Part shown: positions 37,119 through 44,956 of the stretch, piece after piece
Numbering within the stretch: position 1 is the first letter of the stretch
Layout of the letters: every line of letters begins with the position of its first letter
IMG/VR virus record: IMGVR_UViG_3300030376_003142
Coordinates: 1-47,025 of that record
Origin: a virus
Taxonomy: Duplodnaviria > Caudoviricetes
Strand: one strand, 5' to 3'
DNA: 47,025 bases
Notes under the pieces: generated by a model
What the model saw: the letters and a program-made list of their open reading frames with translations, nothing else
The model's database searches: none
What the model was told of the DNA's origin: nothing
Made by a program: the position numbers and the translations under genes

Positions 37119-39295
37119 CAGTAAACATTGAGATCAAAGGTAACTTAGCAAGACTACTAGCAACAGAGAACCTTATTGTTGAGCATAAAAAGGTTGATAC
37201 TGCATCATTTGATGTAGAGCGTAGGGTTTTGGTTCTACCAATGTGGCAAGCGAGTAGGCATGTTTATGATATGTTAGTTGGTCACGAGGTTGGTCATGCA
37301 CTATACACACCTGCAAGAAATTGGAAGATAGAAGAAGAGTATAGTGAAGTGCCAATGGATTATGTAAATGTGGTTGAGGATGCTAGAATTGAGAGACTAA
37401 TGAAGAAGAAATTTGCAGGTTTGAATAAGGATTTCTTCAATGCTTATAGAGAATTGAATGATACTGATTTCTTTGAGTTGAAAGACGAGGATTATAATGC
37501 TTTCTCACTAATTGATAAGATCAATCTATACTTCAAGATAGGAACCTTCCTTGACCTTGATTTTGATGATGTTGAAAACGATATTATAACAGATATAACA
37601 AAAGCAGAGACATTTGAGGAAGTTTTACAACTATCTAAGAAACTATTTGAAATAGAAAAGCAGAGAAGAGAAGAGCAACAGCAACAGCAACAACAGCAAG
37701 AGGAAGAGTATAAGGCACCTGATCTAAAAGAGAGTGGTGGTGGTAATTCAGAGTCAGATGATGGTGAGGAAGAGGTACAGGGTAAAGGTACACCAAAAAC
37801 ACCTGATGAAATGACTGATGAGGAATTACTTGAGGAATTATCTGGTGGAACATCACCTTCAAGAGGAGATATTGAGCAATCATCCACTCAGAGATCATTT
37901 GATAGAAATGTTGAAGGATTGAATGATGATGAAGCAAGAGAACTCACATATATTACTATACCAGAGTTAGATTTAGATAAGGCAATCATTCCATTTGATG
38001 TAGTTCATAGGGTGTGTAATGAATACTATTCTCATAGGGATACAGAGCAAGAAGAAATAATGAATAATGATAATTCTCATTATTATGCTCATATTACTAA
38101 TGCTATTGAGAATAGTAAGCAATCATTCAAAGATTTCAAGAAATCATCTAATAAGGATGTAAATGCTCTAGTAAAAGAGTTTGAAATGAAGAAATCTGCT
38201 GATGGATATGCAAGAGCAACAACAGCAAGAACTGGTTCCTTAGATATGACTAAGTTGCATACTTACAAATACAATGAAGATGTATTCAAGAAAGTAACAA
38301 CTATTCCTGATAGTAAGAGTCATGGTTTAGTATTCATGCTTGACTGGTCTGGATCTATGCAGTATGAAATGATGAATACTATAAAGCAATTATATCAACT
38401 AATTTGGTTCTGTAGAAAAGTACAAATACCATTTGAAGTATATGCTTTTAGTGACTGTGCATGGCAAGTTGGTTTAGATCAAGACCCTGATGACTTCCAA
38501 AATTCAACTATTACTAAGAAGGGATGGGTAGATGGTGACTTTACATTTGATAAGACTTTTAGACTTATCAATCTATTCACTCATACATCAAAGACTAGAG
38601 AGTTTGATGAGCAACTATTGAATATCTGGAGACTGGTTGATTCATTCCAAAACTATTACATAGGTTGCCCCAGTGGTCTAAATTTATCAGGAACCCCACT
38701 AAATGAAGCAATCATAGCAAGTGGACAAGTAGTCAAGGCACTTACTAAAAGAACAGGAGTTCAAAAATGCCACTGTGTATTTCTTACTGATGGTGAGTCA
38801 AATTCACCTTCATATAATAGAATGAGAGGAGAATCTTATTTTGGTGAGAGTAAGCAAGGTCAGTGGTGCATCCCTTCTAATGCTATCATAAGAAAAGGAT
38901 CTCAAACTTTTGTATCTGAAGGTGGTCATAGAACTAACTTCACAACCAAATTGATTGAAGCAGTTAGGGCAGATATTCCTAGCAGTTCCTACATATCCTT
39001 TAGGTTACTTCAAAGAGGTGAACTAAGATCAATGTTCAACTGGTATGCACATGAAGCATTTGAGTCTGTTGATGATATGTCAAATGAAGTTAGGAAAAAT
39101 GGATGTGTATCCTTTTCAACTAAGGCATTTGATTGTTGGTTCGGAATACCAAACAACAACCTAAATGCAAATGATGAAATGGAAGTCAAAGAGGATGCTG
39201 CTAAACGTGACGTTGCTAAGGCATTTAGAAAGATGTTCAAGAGCAAGAAGCAAAATAAAATAATAACTAAGAAATTTGTTGAACTGGTGGCATAA
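37115..39295 (+). CDS. Zincin-motif plus VWA-domain protein (CobT-like partner of CobS)
   Basis: GHEVGHALYT and NVVEDARIE (HExxH); acidic linker; MIDAS DWSGSM...GTPL...FLTDGE. Confidence 0.88.
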   Translation: MTVNIEIKGNLARLLATENLIVEHKKVDTASFDVERRVLVLPMWQASRHVYDMLVGHEVGHALYTPARNWKIEEEYSEVPMDYVNVVEDARIERLMKKKFAGLNKDFFNAYRELNDTDFFELKDEDYNAFSLIDKINLYFKIGTFLDLDFDDVENDIITDITKAETFEEVLQLSKKLFEIEKQRREEQQQQQQQQEEEYKAPDLKESGGGNSESDDGEEEVQGKGTPKTPDEMTDEELLEELSGGTSPSRGDIEQSSTQRSFDRNVEGLNDDEARELTYITIPELDLDKAIIPFDVVHRVCNEYYSHRDTEQEEIMNNDNSHYYAHITNAIENSKQSFKDFKKSSNKDVNALVKEFEMKKSADGYARATTARTGSLDMTKLHTYKYNEDVFKKVTTIPDSKSHGLVFMLDWSGSMQYEMMNTIKQLYQLIWFCRKVQIPFEVYAFSDCAWQVGLDQDPDDFQNSTITKKGWVDGDFTFDKTFRLINLFTHTSKTREFDEQLLNIWRLVDSFQNYYIGCPSGLNLSGTPLNEAIIASGQVVKALTKRTGVQKCHCVFLTDGESNSPSYNRMRGESYFGESKQGQWCIPSNAIIRKGSQTFVSEGGHRTNFTTKLIEAVRADIPSSSYISFRLLQRGELRSMFNWYAHEAFESVDDMSNEVRKNGCVSFSTKAFDCWFGIPNNNLNANDEMEVKEDAAKRDVAKAFRKMFKSKKQNKIITKKFVELVA

Positions 39296-39305
39296 GCACC
39301 AGTTC
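39281..39305 (+). terminator. Hairpin spanning the stop codon and overlapping the promoter element
   Basis: GAACTGGTG-GCATAAG-CACCAGTTC, 9-bp stem; no U-tract. Confidence 0.35.
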
Positions 39306-39357
39306 ACAAAGTGGCACAAGATCACTTGAGTTTTCTTACCAAATCAACTATTATACT
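39297..39357 (+). promoter_or_regulatory. Early-promoter element, copy 2
   Basis: CACCAGTTCACAAAGTGGCACA, then TATTAT/TATACT at 39349-39357. Confidence 0.72.
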
Positions 39358-39379
39358 ATTATAACGAAAAGAGGAATTT

Positions 39380-40519
39380 ATGCCTAGAACCATTGACGGA
39401 TCAGTCCACATCAATAGATTGAAAGATTCTTATGGAGTCAACATTGATGCAGAGATCGTAAAAGAGTATTGTCAGAACCATGAAGAGATAGGTTACCAGA
39501 CACTTACTAAGTATCTGAACCAGTATAAAATCAAACGTGGTCATTGGAGATTGACTATGGATGAAATGGTCAAGGAGTCCAAACTATCACCAGATCAACT
39601 AAGGTCAGGAGAAAGACCACAGATTCAGTTTGTTCAGAAAGAAGAGCAAAATCTAGTTCCTTCTAAGGATGATACATTTGTTCCCTTTGGTGGATTTACT
39701 GATGTCAAGAAGGTTCTAAGATCTAACCAATTCTATCCTGTATTCATTACTGGACTATCTGGCAATGGTAAGACATTTGGAGTTGAGCAAGCATGTTCAC
39801 AACTAGGTAGAGAACTCATTAGAGTAAACATTACAGTTGAGACTGATGAGGATGATCTAATCGGTGGATTTAGATTAGTAAATGGTGAGACTGTTTGGCA
39901 TAATGGTCCAGTAATTGAAGCACTTGAAAGAGGATCTATCTTACTACTAGATGAAATTGATCTAGCAAGTAATAAGATATTATGCTTACAATCTATCCTT
40001 GAAGGTAAGGGAGTATTCCTCAAAAAGATAGGACAATTTGTTAGACCTAAGGATGGTTTCAATATTGTAGCAACTGCTAACACTAAAGGCAAGGGATCTG
40101 ATGATGGTAGATTCATAGGTACTAACGTATTGAATGAAGCATTTCTTGAAAGGTTCCCAATTACATTTGAACAGAACTATCCTTCACCAGTTACAGAGAA
40201 TAAGATCCTTAGAAAGATCTGCGATCAACTCAATATACCTATGACTGGTGACCATGAGAAATTCATTGTTCATCTAGTAGACTGGGCAGAAATAGTAAGA
40301 AAGACCTTCAATGAAGGTGGAATTGATGAGGTTATCTCAACTAGGAGATTAGTACACATCATAAGAGCATATTCAATATTTGGTGATAAACTCAAAGCGG
40401 TCAAAATATGCTTGAACCGATTTGATGATGAAACCAAAGAGTCATTCCTTCAATTATACACTAAGTTAGATGACTCAGTTGAGATAGATGCTCAAATCAC
40501 TCCAGAGGATGCTAAATAA
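39380..40519 (+). CDS. cobS: CobS-like MoxR AAA+ ATPase
   Basis: FITGLSGNGKT (Walker A), ETDEDDLIGG, LLLDEID (Walker B), ATANTKGKGSDDGRFIGTNVLNEAFLERF, ISTRRL. Confidence 0.93.
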   Translation: MPRTIDGSVHINRLKDSYGVNIDAEIVKEYCQNHEEIGYQTLTKYLNQYKIKRGHWRLTMDEMVKESKLSPDQLRSGERPQIQFVQKEEQNLVPSKDDTFVPFGGFTDVKKVLRSNQFYPVFITGLSGNGKTFGVEQACSQLGRELIRVNITVETDEDDLIGGFRLVNGETVWHNGPVIEALERGSILLLDEIDLASNKILCLQSILEGKGVFLKKIGQFVRPKDGFNIVATANTKGKGSDDGRFIGTNVLNEAFLERFPITFEQNYPSPVTENKILRKICDQLNIPMTGDHEKFIVHLVDWAEIVRKTFNEGGIDEVISTRRLVHIIRAYSIFGDKLKAVKICLNRFDDETKESFLQLYTKLDDSVEIDAQITPEDAK

Positions 40520-40542
40520 GTCTACTCTGGGTAGTTTGACCT

Positions 40543-40737
40543 ATGTTTGATTCTGCTACCGATTATAGTGACCTCATTGATGATAATGAGGTCTATTATA
40601 CCGAGAATGAATATAGGTTCAAAAAAAGGCAACTGGATCACCTCAGACTTGCAGATAAATTTTATCTGTGTGACAGTCTACAAAGTGTCACAAGAACCAT
40701 TTACATGAGGTCTGGATCTGTTATAATATGTTTATAG
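40543..40737 (+). CDS. Small hypothetical protein
   Basis: Preceded by GCTAAATA (40511); its 3' half overlaps promoter element copy 3. Confidence 0.35.
   Translation: MFDSATDYSDLIDDNEVYYTENEYRFKKRQLDHLRLADKFYLCDSLQSVTRTIYMRSGSVIICL
40669..40727 (+). promoter_or_regulatory. Early-promoter element, copy 3 (upstream of the structured RNA)
   Basis: TGTGACAGTCTACAAAGTGTCACA; TTTACA -35-like box; TGT-TATAAT at 40722. Confidence 0.8.
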
Positions 40738-41180
40738 GCAGAAAAGGATGCCGATCCCTGAGACTGAGTTAGTACCTGTAATTAGACTCATAATGAGTTA
40801 GGATCAGGTGAAGCACCTCTTGACCAGTCAGACATCTCGGATCAGTTTCGTAAGACCTATAGTTTCAAGGGATATGTGGTTCTACTGCCCCAAACCTTCT
40901 AACTACCCTGACATAGAAGCAGGGATATGATGTTAGAAGAAACCTATTACTGCACAGTCAGATGGTTGAAAGTGGTGGGGGTTCAGGTGTAAGCGATTCC
41001 CAGTAGGTAAATTTGGGCATATAGGTGAAACCTTGCAGATGCCCCACTCCCTTGAAACTCCCCAATTATGAACGAGGAAAGGCGAATGTGCCTCGTAGGT
41101 CGCAACTACTAAAAGACATCCAGATCTAATTCAACTCCTGTCGTATGAGTATAAACTAGGCATGTTCCCTTACATAATGT
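40735..41180 (+). ncRNA. Large structured non-coding RNA candidate or structured leader
   Basis: About 450 nt with no ORF in the track, GC-enriched, many stems, including the perfect 12-bp AGTTTCAAGGGA (40861-72)/TCCCTTGAAACT (41048-59), CTTCTAAC/GTTAGAAG, CCCTG/CAGGG, GGGCAT/ATGCCC around an AGGT-GAA-ACCT hairpin, ACGAGG/CCTCGT and AGGTG/CACCT. Confidence 0.7.
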
Positions 41181-41190
41181 AATCACCACT

Positions 41191-41415
41191 ATGGCAAAAA
41201 TCCAAGGATCTAGTGCTATCGCTGCTGTCAACTTTGGCGAGAATAATGCAGTTGAGGTGCAATTCCAAGGCAATGAAAAACTTTATGGTTTTGTTGCAAA
41301 GGATTCATCACAACTTCGCAATGACTTACAGTCAACTCTCGAAAGAAATGAGTCTGTAGGAAGTCTCATTGCAGGTTATCGCAGAAGTGGTAAACTAAAT
41401 GCAGTTGAAGCATAG
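41191..41415 (+). CDS. Small KTSC-like protein
   Basis: SSAIAAVNF...VEVQF.G.EKLYGF...ESVGSLI resembles the KTSC pattern SS.I..V.Y....L.V.F..G..Y.Y...S.G. Confidence 0.6.
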   Translation: MAKIQGSSAIAAVNFGENNAVEVQFQGNEKLYGFVAKDSSQLRNDLQSTLERNESVGSLIAGYRRSGKLNAVEA

Positions 41416-41463
41416 ACTTTGAACTGACTGAAAAATTGAATACTTATTGAAACACATTTCTTT

Positions 41464-41494
41464 GACCCCGATTGAGTCGGGGTCTTCTACTTTC
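41464..41494 (+). terminator. Rho-independent terminator candidate
   Basis: GACCCCGA-TTGAG-TCGGGGTC followed by TTCTACTTTC. Confidence 0.6.
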
Positions 41495-41501
41495 TATTAT
41501 T

Positions 41502-41804
41502 ATGTCATGTTTAGATTATTCAACTGTTTGGGAAGTAATGAATGATCTTGACGAGATTGTTCAAAAGACTAAACAGATTGAAACAATGTCCAGAGACTTA
41601 CTTGATGAGTTATCTGAAGCAACAGAGAACCCTACAATTTTAGATGCTGCTGATCTATTGAGATTATACAGTCATCATATTTTAGGTGAACTAGAAAATG
41701 CTCAAATAAGAGCATGGAATGAAACAGTTGTAAAACTGAGATCAAGTGATACTAAGACTACCAAACATGGGAAGGATTTAGATGTGCTTGATGCCAGTTT
41801 ATAA
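41502..41804 (+). CDS. Hypothetical helical protein
   Basis: ORF 41472..41804 in the track; the ATG at 41502, after the hairpin, is the likelier start. Confidence 0.65.
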   Translation: MSCLDYSTVWEVMNDLDEIVQKTKQIETMSRDLLDELSEATENPTILDAADLLRLYSHHILGELENAQIRAWNETVVKLRSSDTKTTKHGKDLDVLDASL

Positions 41805-41848
41805 ACTGGTACACTATAACCCCATTGTTCACTCAATGGGGTTATTAT
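41792..41848 (+). promoter_or_regulatory. Early-promoter element, copy 4, with a 12-bp stem-loop; upstream of the R-M operon
   Basis: TGCCAGTTTATAAACTGGTACA; ATAACCCCATTG/CAATGGGGTTAT (41816-41845); TATTAT at 41843. Confidence 0.75.
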
Positions 41849-41874
41849 AGTATTATAAACAAACGAGTTTTATT

Positions 41875-42426
41875 ATGTCCACTAATCAAATACTTGCAGA
41901 GCATGTAGAAAATTACATCACCCATGATGATGCAATACATGGTAGACTTGAAGATCCCTATGCAGACTCACCCTTCAAGATCTATAGGGAAATGAGTTCA
42001 AAGACCAAAGGAAAGTATTTTGAAGCATTTGTTGAAGAGTATTGTGAGAATTTAGGATGGAAGGTTGAGAGAGCAAAGAAAACCACTGAATATGATAGAG
42101 TAGTCAACAATTATAAGGTTGAGGTAAAAGGATCTACTGTATGGTCAGGTAGTAAACCACATTTTAGATGGCAACAAATCAGACCAGAGCATTGTTATGA
42201 TATAATGGTATTTGTTGCAGTATATCCTGATAGAATGGAGTTCTATTCATGTACTAAGGAAGAGATCGTGGATTATGTTACTAACCAAAATTGGTTGAAT
42301 CAGCATGGTGGTAAGACTAAGAACAGTGGCACATTTTTTATTGATGGTTTCCCTGAGGACTTCCCATTTTTCAAAACATTATTCACTCACTTAGAAGGAT
42401 TCAAAGGAACTAGGAATGAAGAGTAA
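41875..42426 (+). CDS. Type II restriction endonuclease, MseI-like PD-(D/E)XK
   Basis: EDPYADSPF...SKTKG..FE...YDRVVNNYKVEVKGSTVW...FRWQQIR...YD...NQHGG; PD-(D/E)XK core (D..EVK); matches recalled R.MseI motifs; adjacent to an MTase. Confidence 0.75.
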   Translation: MSTNQILAEHVENYITHDDAIHGRLEDPYADSPFKIYREMSSKTKGKYFEAFVEEYCENLGWKVERAKKTTEYDRVVNNYKVEVKGSTVWSGSKPHFRWQQIRPEHCYDIMVFVAVYPDRMEFYSCTKEEIVDYVTNQNWLNQHGGKTKNSGTFFIDGFPEDFPFFKTLFTHLEGFKGTRNEE

Positions 42427-43192
42427 ATTTGTAAATAAAGACTGTCTTGCTTTTCTAAAGACAGTCAAGGACAACTCAGTGGATCTAGTTTTGACTGATC
42501 CACCATATAATATATCATTTGATGGTGGCAAGGGTTGGGATAGTCAATGGAAGAGTGAGAGAGACTATCTAAAATGGTGTGATACATGGACTAAGGAATT
42601 AGTTAGAGTTCTCAAACCTAATCGTATGATGATAGTCTGGGGTACTCTCAAGACTGATACATTTATAAAGTATAAACTCTTGTTGGGTTTATACGATCAG
42701 TTAGTATCTCAGAATGAGATAGTATGGTCATACAACTGGGGTGGTCGTGCCAAGAATAATTTTGCTCGTAAGCATGAATACGCATGGTGTTACTCTAAGG
42801 GTGATGATTTCTTATTCAATGATGATGACATCAGAATTGAACGTAAACTCAAAAAGAATATAAGAACAGGCAAGGACTACACTCAGGGAACTATACCTAC
42901 TTGCGTCTGGGAGATCAATAATCATACTACCAGTAAGGACTATATTGGATGGCATCCTACTACTAAGAACCTTGAGGTATTAGAAAGAATGATTAGAGCA
43001 TATTCTAATGAGGGTGATGTAGTCCTTGATATTTTTATGGGTAGTGGATCTACTGGAGTAGCATGTAATCGTACTCGTAGGATATACTTAGGATGTGAGA
43101 AGTCTCGTGAATATTATCGTAAAGCAAAGGAGAGAATAGCAAATGATCGTGACAGTTTAGAAAGTGTCCCTAATTTGCTTACAGAACTCTAA
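42416..43192 (+). CDS. Beta-class amino-methyltransferase (m6A/m4C)
   Basis: DLVLTDPPY (motif IV) N-terminal to HPT.K...SNEGDVVLDIFMGSGSTG (motif I); overlaps the nuclease gene by 11 nt. Confidence 0.93.
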   Translation: MKSKFVNKDCLAFLKTVKDNSVDLVLTDPPYNISFDGGKGWDSQWKSERDYLKWCDTWTKELVRVLKPNRMMIVWGTLKTDTFIKYKLLLGLYDQLVSQNEIVWSYNWGGRAKNNFARKHEYAWCYSKGDDFLFNDDDIRIERKLKKNIRTGKDYTQGTIPTCVWEINNHTTSKDYIGWHPTTKNLEVLERMIRAYSNEGDVVLDIFMGSGSTGVACNRTRRIYLGCEKSREYYRKAKERIANDRDSLESVPNLLTEL

Positions 43193-43205
43193 TTCGTGGT
43201 ATTAT
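43149..43205 (+). promoter_or_regulatory. Early-promoter element, copy 5 (inside the MTase 3' end)
   Basis: GTGACAGTTTAGAAAGTGTCCCT; TGG-TATTAT at 43200. Confidence 0.65.
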
Positions 43206-43235
43206 ATAAGAGTAGACAACAGAGGACTTTTATTC

Positions 43236-43451
43236 GTGCCTAAAAAAGCAAAAAAACATGATGAATCCCTCGTCTACTTCGAGTCCAAACATCATGTGAT
43301 CGAGATCTCTCAAGGTGATCTCAATGATGTTCTCAAATTCTGTGAACAGAATCACATTGACCCAGATTACTATTGCTTTGAGTTTATGACCTTTGATGAT
43401 GGTGGATCTGAGTTATATGCTGAGGACTATGAAGAAAATTTGGAGTTCTAA
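43236..43451 (+). CDS. Small early hypothetical protein
   Basis: AGAGGA ribosome-binding site then GTG CCT AAA; ...FCEQNHIDPDYYCFEFM motif; the track start at 43164 lies inside the promoter. Confidence 0.6.
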   Translation: MPKKAKKHDESLVYFESKHHVIEISQGDLNDVLKFCEQNHIDPDYYCFEFMTFDDGGSELYAEDYEENLEF

Positions 43452-43456
43452 TCGTT

Positions 43457-43594
43457 ATGAGAAAGTTTACAGTTTCAGCACTCGTGGAAGGTTATAGAAT
43501 TGATGAAGAAGTTACAGCAGTAAGTATTCATCATGCTATCAAACTTCTCAAAGCAAAGTATTCAAATGCGAGGAATGTTTATGTCAAAAATTGA
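43457..43594 (+). CDS. Small early hypothetical protein (45 aa, not in the track)
   Basis: GGAG upstream; MRKFTVSALVEGYRIDEEVTAVSIHHAIKLLKAKYSNARNVYVKN*. Confidence 0.6.
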   Translation: MRKFTVSALVEGYRIDEEVTAVSIHHAIKLLKAKYSNARNVYVKN

Positions 43595-43790
43595 TAACAA
43601 AGGGTTACCAGATAACCTTCAATTCTTATCACAAATCTTTGAAGAATGGACTTCTAAAGAACATTTACCATTGATGTGTGCATCTGATTTGTTACACTCT
43701 CAACCACAGATTGAACTTGTTGATTATCAACGAGCATGGTTACGCAAGTTCATTGAATTGTGGGATTTCGTCAACCAAAATGACATTTAG
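43581..43790 (+). CDS. Small early hypothetical protein
   Basis: GAGG ribosome-binding site before the ATG at 43581; ...LMCASDLL...QRAWLRKFIELWD. Confidence 0.65.
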   Translation: MSKIDNKGLPDNLQFLSQIFEEWTSKEHLPLMCASDLLHSQPQIELVDYQRAWLRKFIELWDFVNQNDI

Positions 43791-43792
43791 TT

Positions 43793-43978
43793 ATGAAATT
43801 ATTCGTTCCTGAGAAACAATTAGTGAACAGATATACAAGAGCAGGTATTCATGGGAAATGGATAGTTTGCCCTCGTTGTTCACAATCAACCAGAGTATTT
43901 CATTTTAGTTGGAGTGCATTGACTTGTCAATCTTGCCAACAAAGTATAAACAAAGCGGAGTGGATTTGCTATGACTAA
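43793..43978 (+). CDS. Small Zn-ribbon protein
   Basis: RYTRAG..GKWIVCPRC....VFHFSWSALTCQSC; two CxxC motifs. Confidence 0.75.
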   Translation: MKLFVPEKQLVNRYTRAGIHGKWIVCPRCSQSTRVFHFSWSALTCQSCQQSINKAEWICYD

Positions 43979-44150
43979 GTTACAAACATTTCATGTATTG
44001 TGTGAAGAAACTACTTATTTTACAGTAGAAGTTGAAGCACAAAATGAAGATGAAGCAAGGGAACTTGTTCATGCTGATGTAAACTCACATGAGGTAATTA
44101 GTGAGTCAGTTAGTGAATGGAATATAGATGAAGTTAGGAGGGTTTTATAA
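43971..44150 (+). CDS. Small acidic protein (DpnD/PcfM-like VEVEA.NEDEA motif; 59 aa, not in the track)
   Basis: MTKLQTFHVLCEETTYFTVEVEAQNEDEARELV...; GGAG upstream. Confidence 0.6.
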   Translation: MTKLQTFHVLCEETTYFTVEVEAQNEDEARELVHADVNSHEVISESVSEWNIDEVRRVL

Positions 44151-44242
44151 CATTATAATTATGGTCTTAGTATTATTTTGGTCGTACAATCTGTTCGCAC
44201 TAAGTGTGTTCATTTATCTCAAACTTACGGAGGAAAAGTAAC

Positions 44243-44572
44243 ATGAATTACTCACAAACTGCAAACCCTAATGCAACAAATAGTGAGTTAGATGCAAAGC
44301 AAATAGTATATAATAACTTTGAAAATTCAACTCATAAAGTATCATTGACTGGCAATCAAATCTCTACAATACTTTATGTTTTAGAAGGGTATATTCAAGG
44401 ATCTGATGAATATCATTTCAATGATGATTTCACTAGGGATGTTGATAAGATCTTTGAAGAATTAGAGTCAACAACTGATAACTATTATAACGTGAATAAG
44501 TGTATAATAGAGGGTAATGATTATGCTGACTGTGTTGATAGTTTAGTAAACAAAATGGAGGTGACTAAATGA
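44243..44572 (+). CDS. Early hypothetical protein
   Basis: GGAGG ribosome-binding site before ATG AAT TAC; MNYSQTANPNATNSELDAK... Confidence 0.65.
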   Translation: MNYSQTANPNATNSELDAKQIVYNNFENSTHKVSLTGNQISTILYVLEGYIQGSDEYHFNDDFTRDVDKIFEELESTTDNYYNVNKCIIEGNDYADCVDSLVNKMEVTK

Positions 44573-44700
44573 AACTTAGTGCAAAAAGTACAAAAGCAGA
44601 GTTATTATCTAAACTCAAAGATTTGGATGAATTAGAACAACAAAGATCCATATTAGTGTGGTTATGTGTTATTTTATTTGTTCACGCTATGATATTATAA
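44569..44700 (+). CDS. Small protein with C-terminal transmembrane helix (43 aa, not in the track)
   Basis: GGAGG ribosome-binding site, ATGA coupling; MKLSAKSTKAELL...ILVWLCVILFVHAMIL*. Confidence 0.6.
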   Translation: MKLSAKSTKAELLSKLKDLDELEQQRSILVWLCVILFVHAMIL

Positions 44701-44705
44701 TATAG

Positions 44706-44767
44706 TGTGACAGTCAAATTAGTGGCACATAGATCCCCCATTAGGGGGATTTTTCATGTATTATAAT
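44706..44767 (+). promoter_or_regulatory. Early-promoter element, copy 6
   Basis: TGTGACAGTCAAATTAGTGGCACA; hairpin ATCCCCC/GGGGGAT plus T-tract; TATTATAAT at 44759. Confidence 0.78.
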
Positions 44768-44790
44768 AATATAACCAAAGGAGTTCTATT

Positions 44791-44955
44791 ATGTTTGTTG
44801 TATTCAGTTCACCAATTCAGTTCACCAAAAGTTATAACAAAGCATGTCAAATTGCAGATGCTCATTATAACAAAACAGGTGAAATTGTAGCGGTTGAAAG
44901 TGTTACAAACCACACTCCATTTCATGTTCCTTCAGTATCACTAATAGGTGCATAA
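44791..44955 (+). CDS. Small early hypothetical protein (54 aa, not in the track)
   Basis: AAGGAG ribosome-binding site; MFVVFSSPIQFTKSYNKACQIADAHYNKTGEIVAVESV... Confidence 0.6.
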   Translation: MFVVFSSPIQFTKSYNKACQIADAHYNKTGEIVAVESVTNHTPFHVPSVSLIGA

Positions 44956-44956
44956 T

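Noticed and set aside
39380-40519. cobS as evidence of phage cobalamin synthesis
   Set aside because: It is a MoxR-type AAA+ ATPase paired with a VWA protein; no cobN or other cobalamin genes are present
40755-40965. GAGACTG and CAGTC resembling group I intron P7 strands
   Set aside because: No interrupted gene and no recognisable P3-P6 core upstream in the expected order; kept only as an unassigned structured RNA
41070-41100. GAGGAAAG resembling RNase P RNA conserved region I
   Set aside because: It is not followed by UCC, lies near the 3' end of the element, and no CR-V-like ACAGAA..CGGCUUA partner is visible
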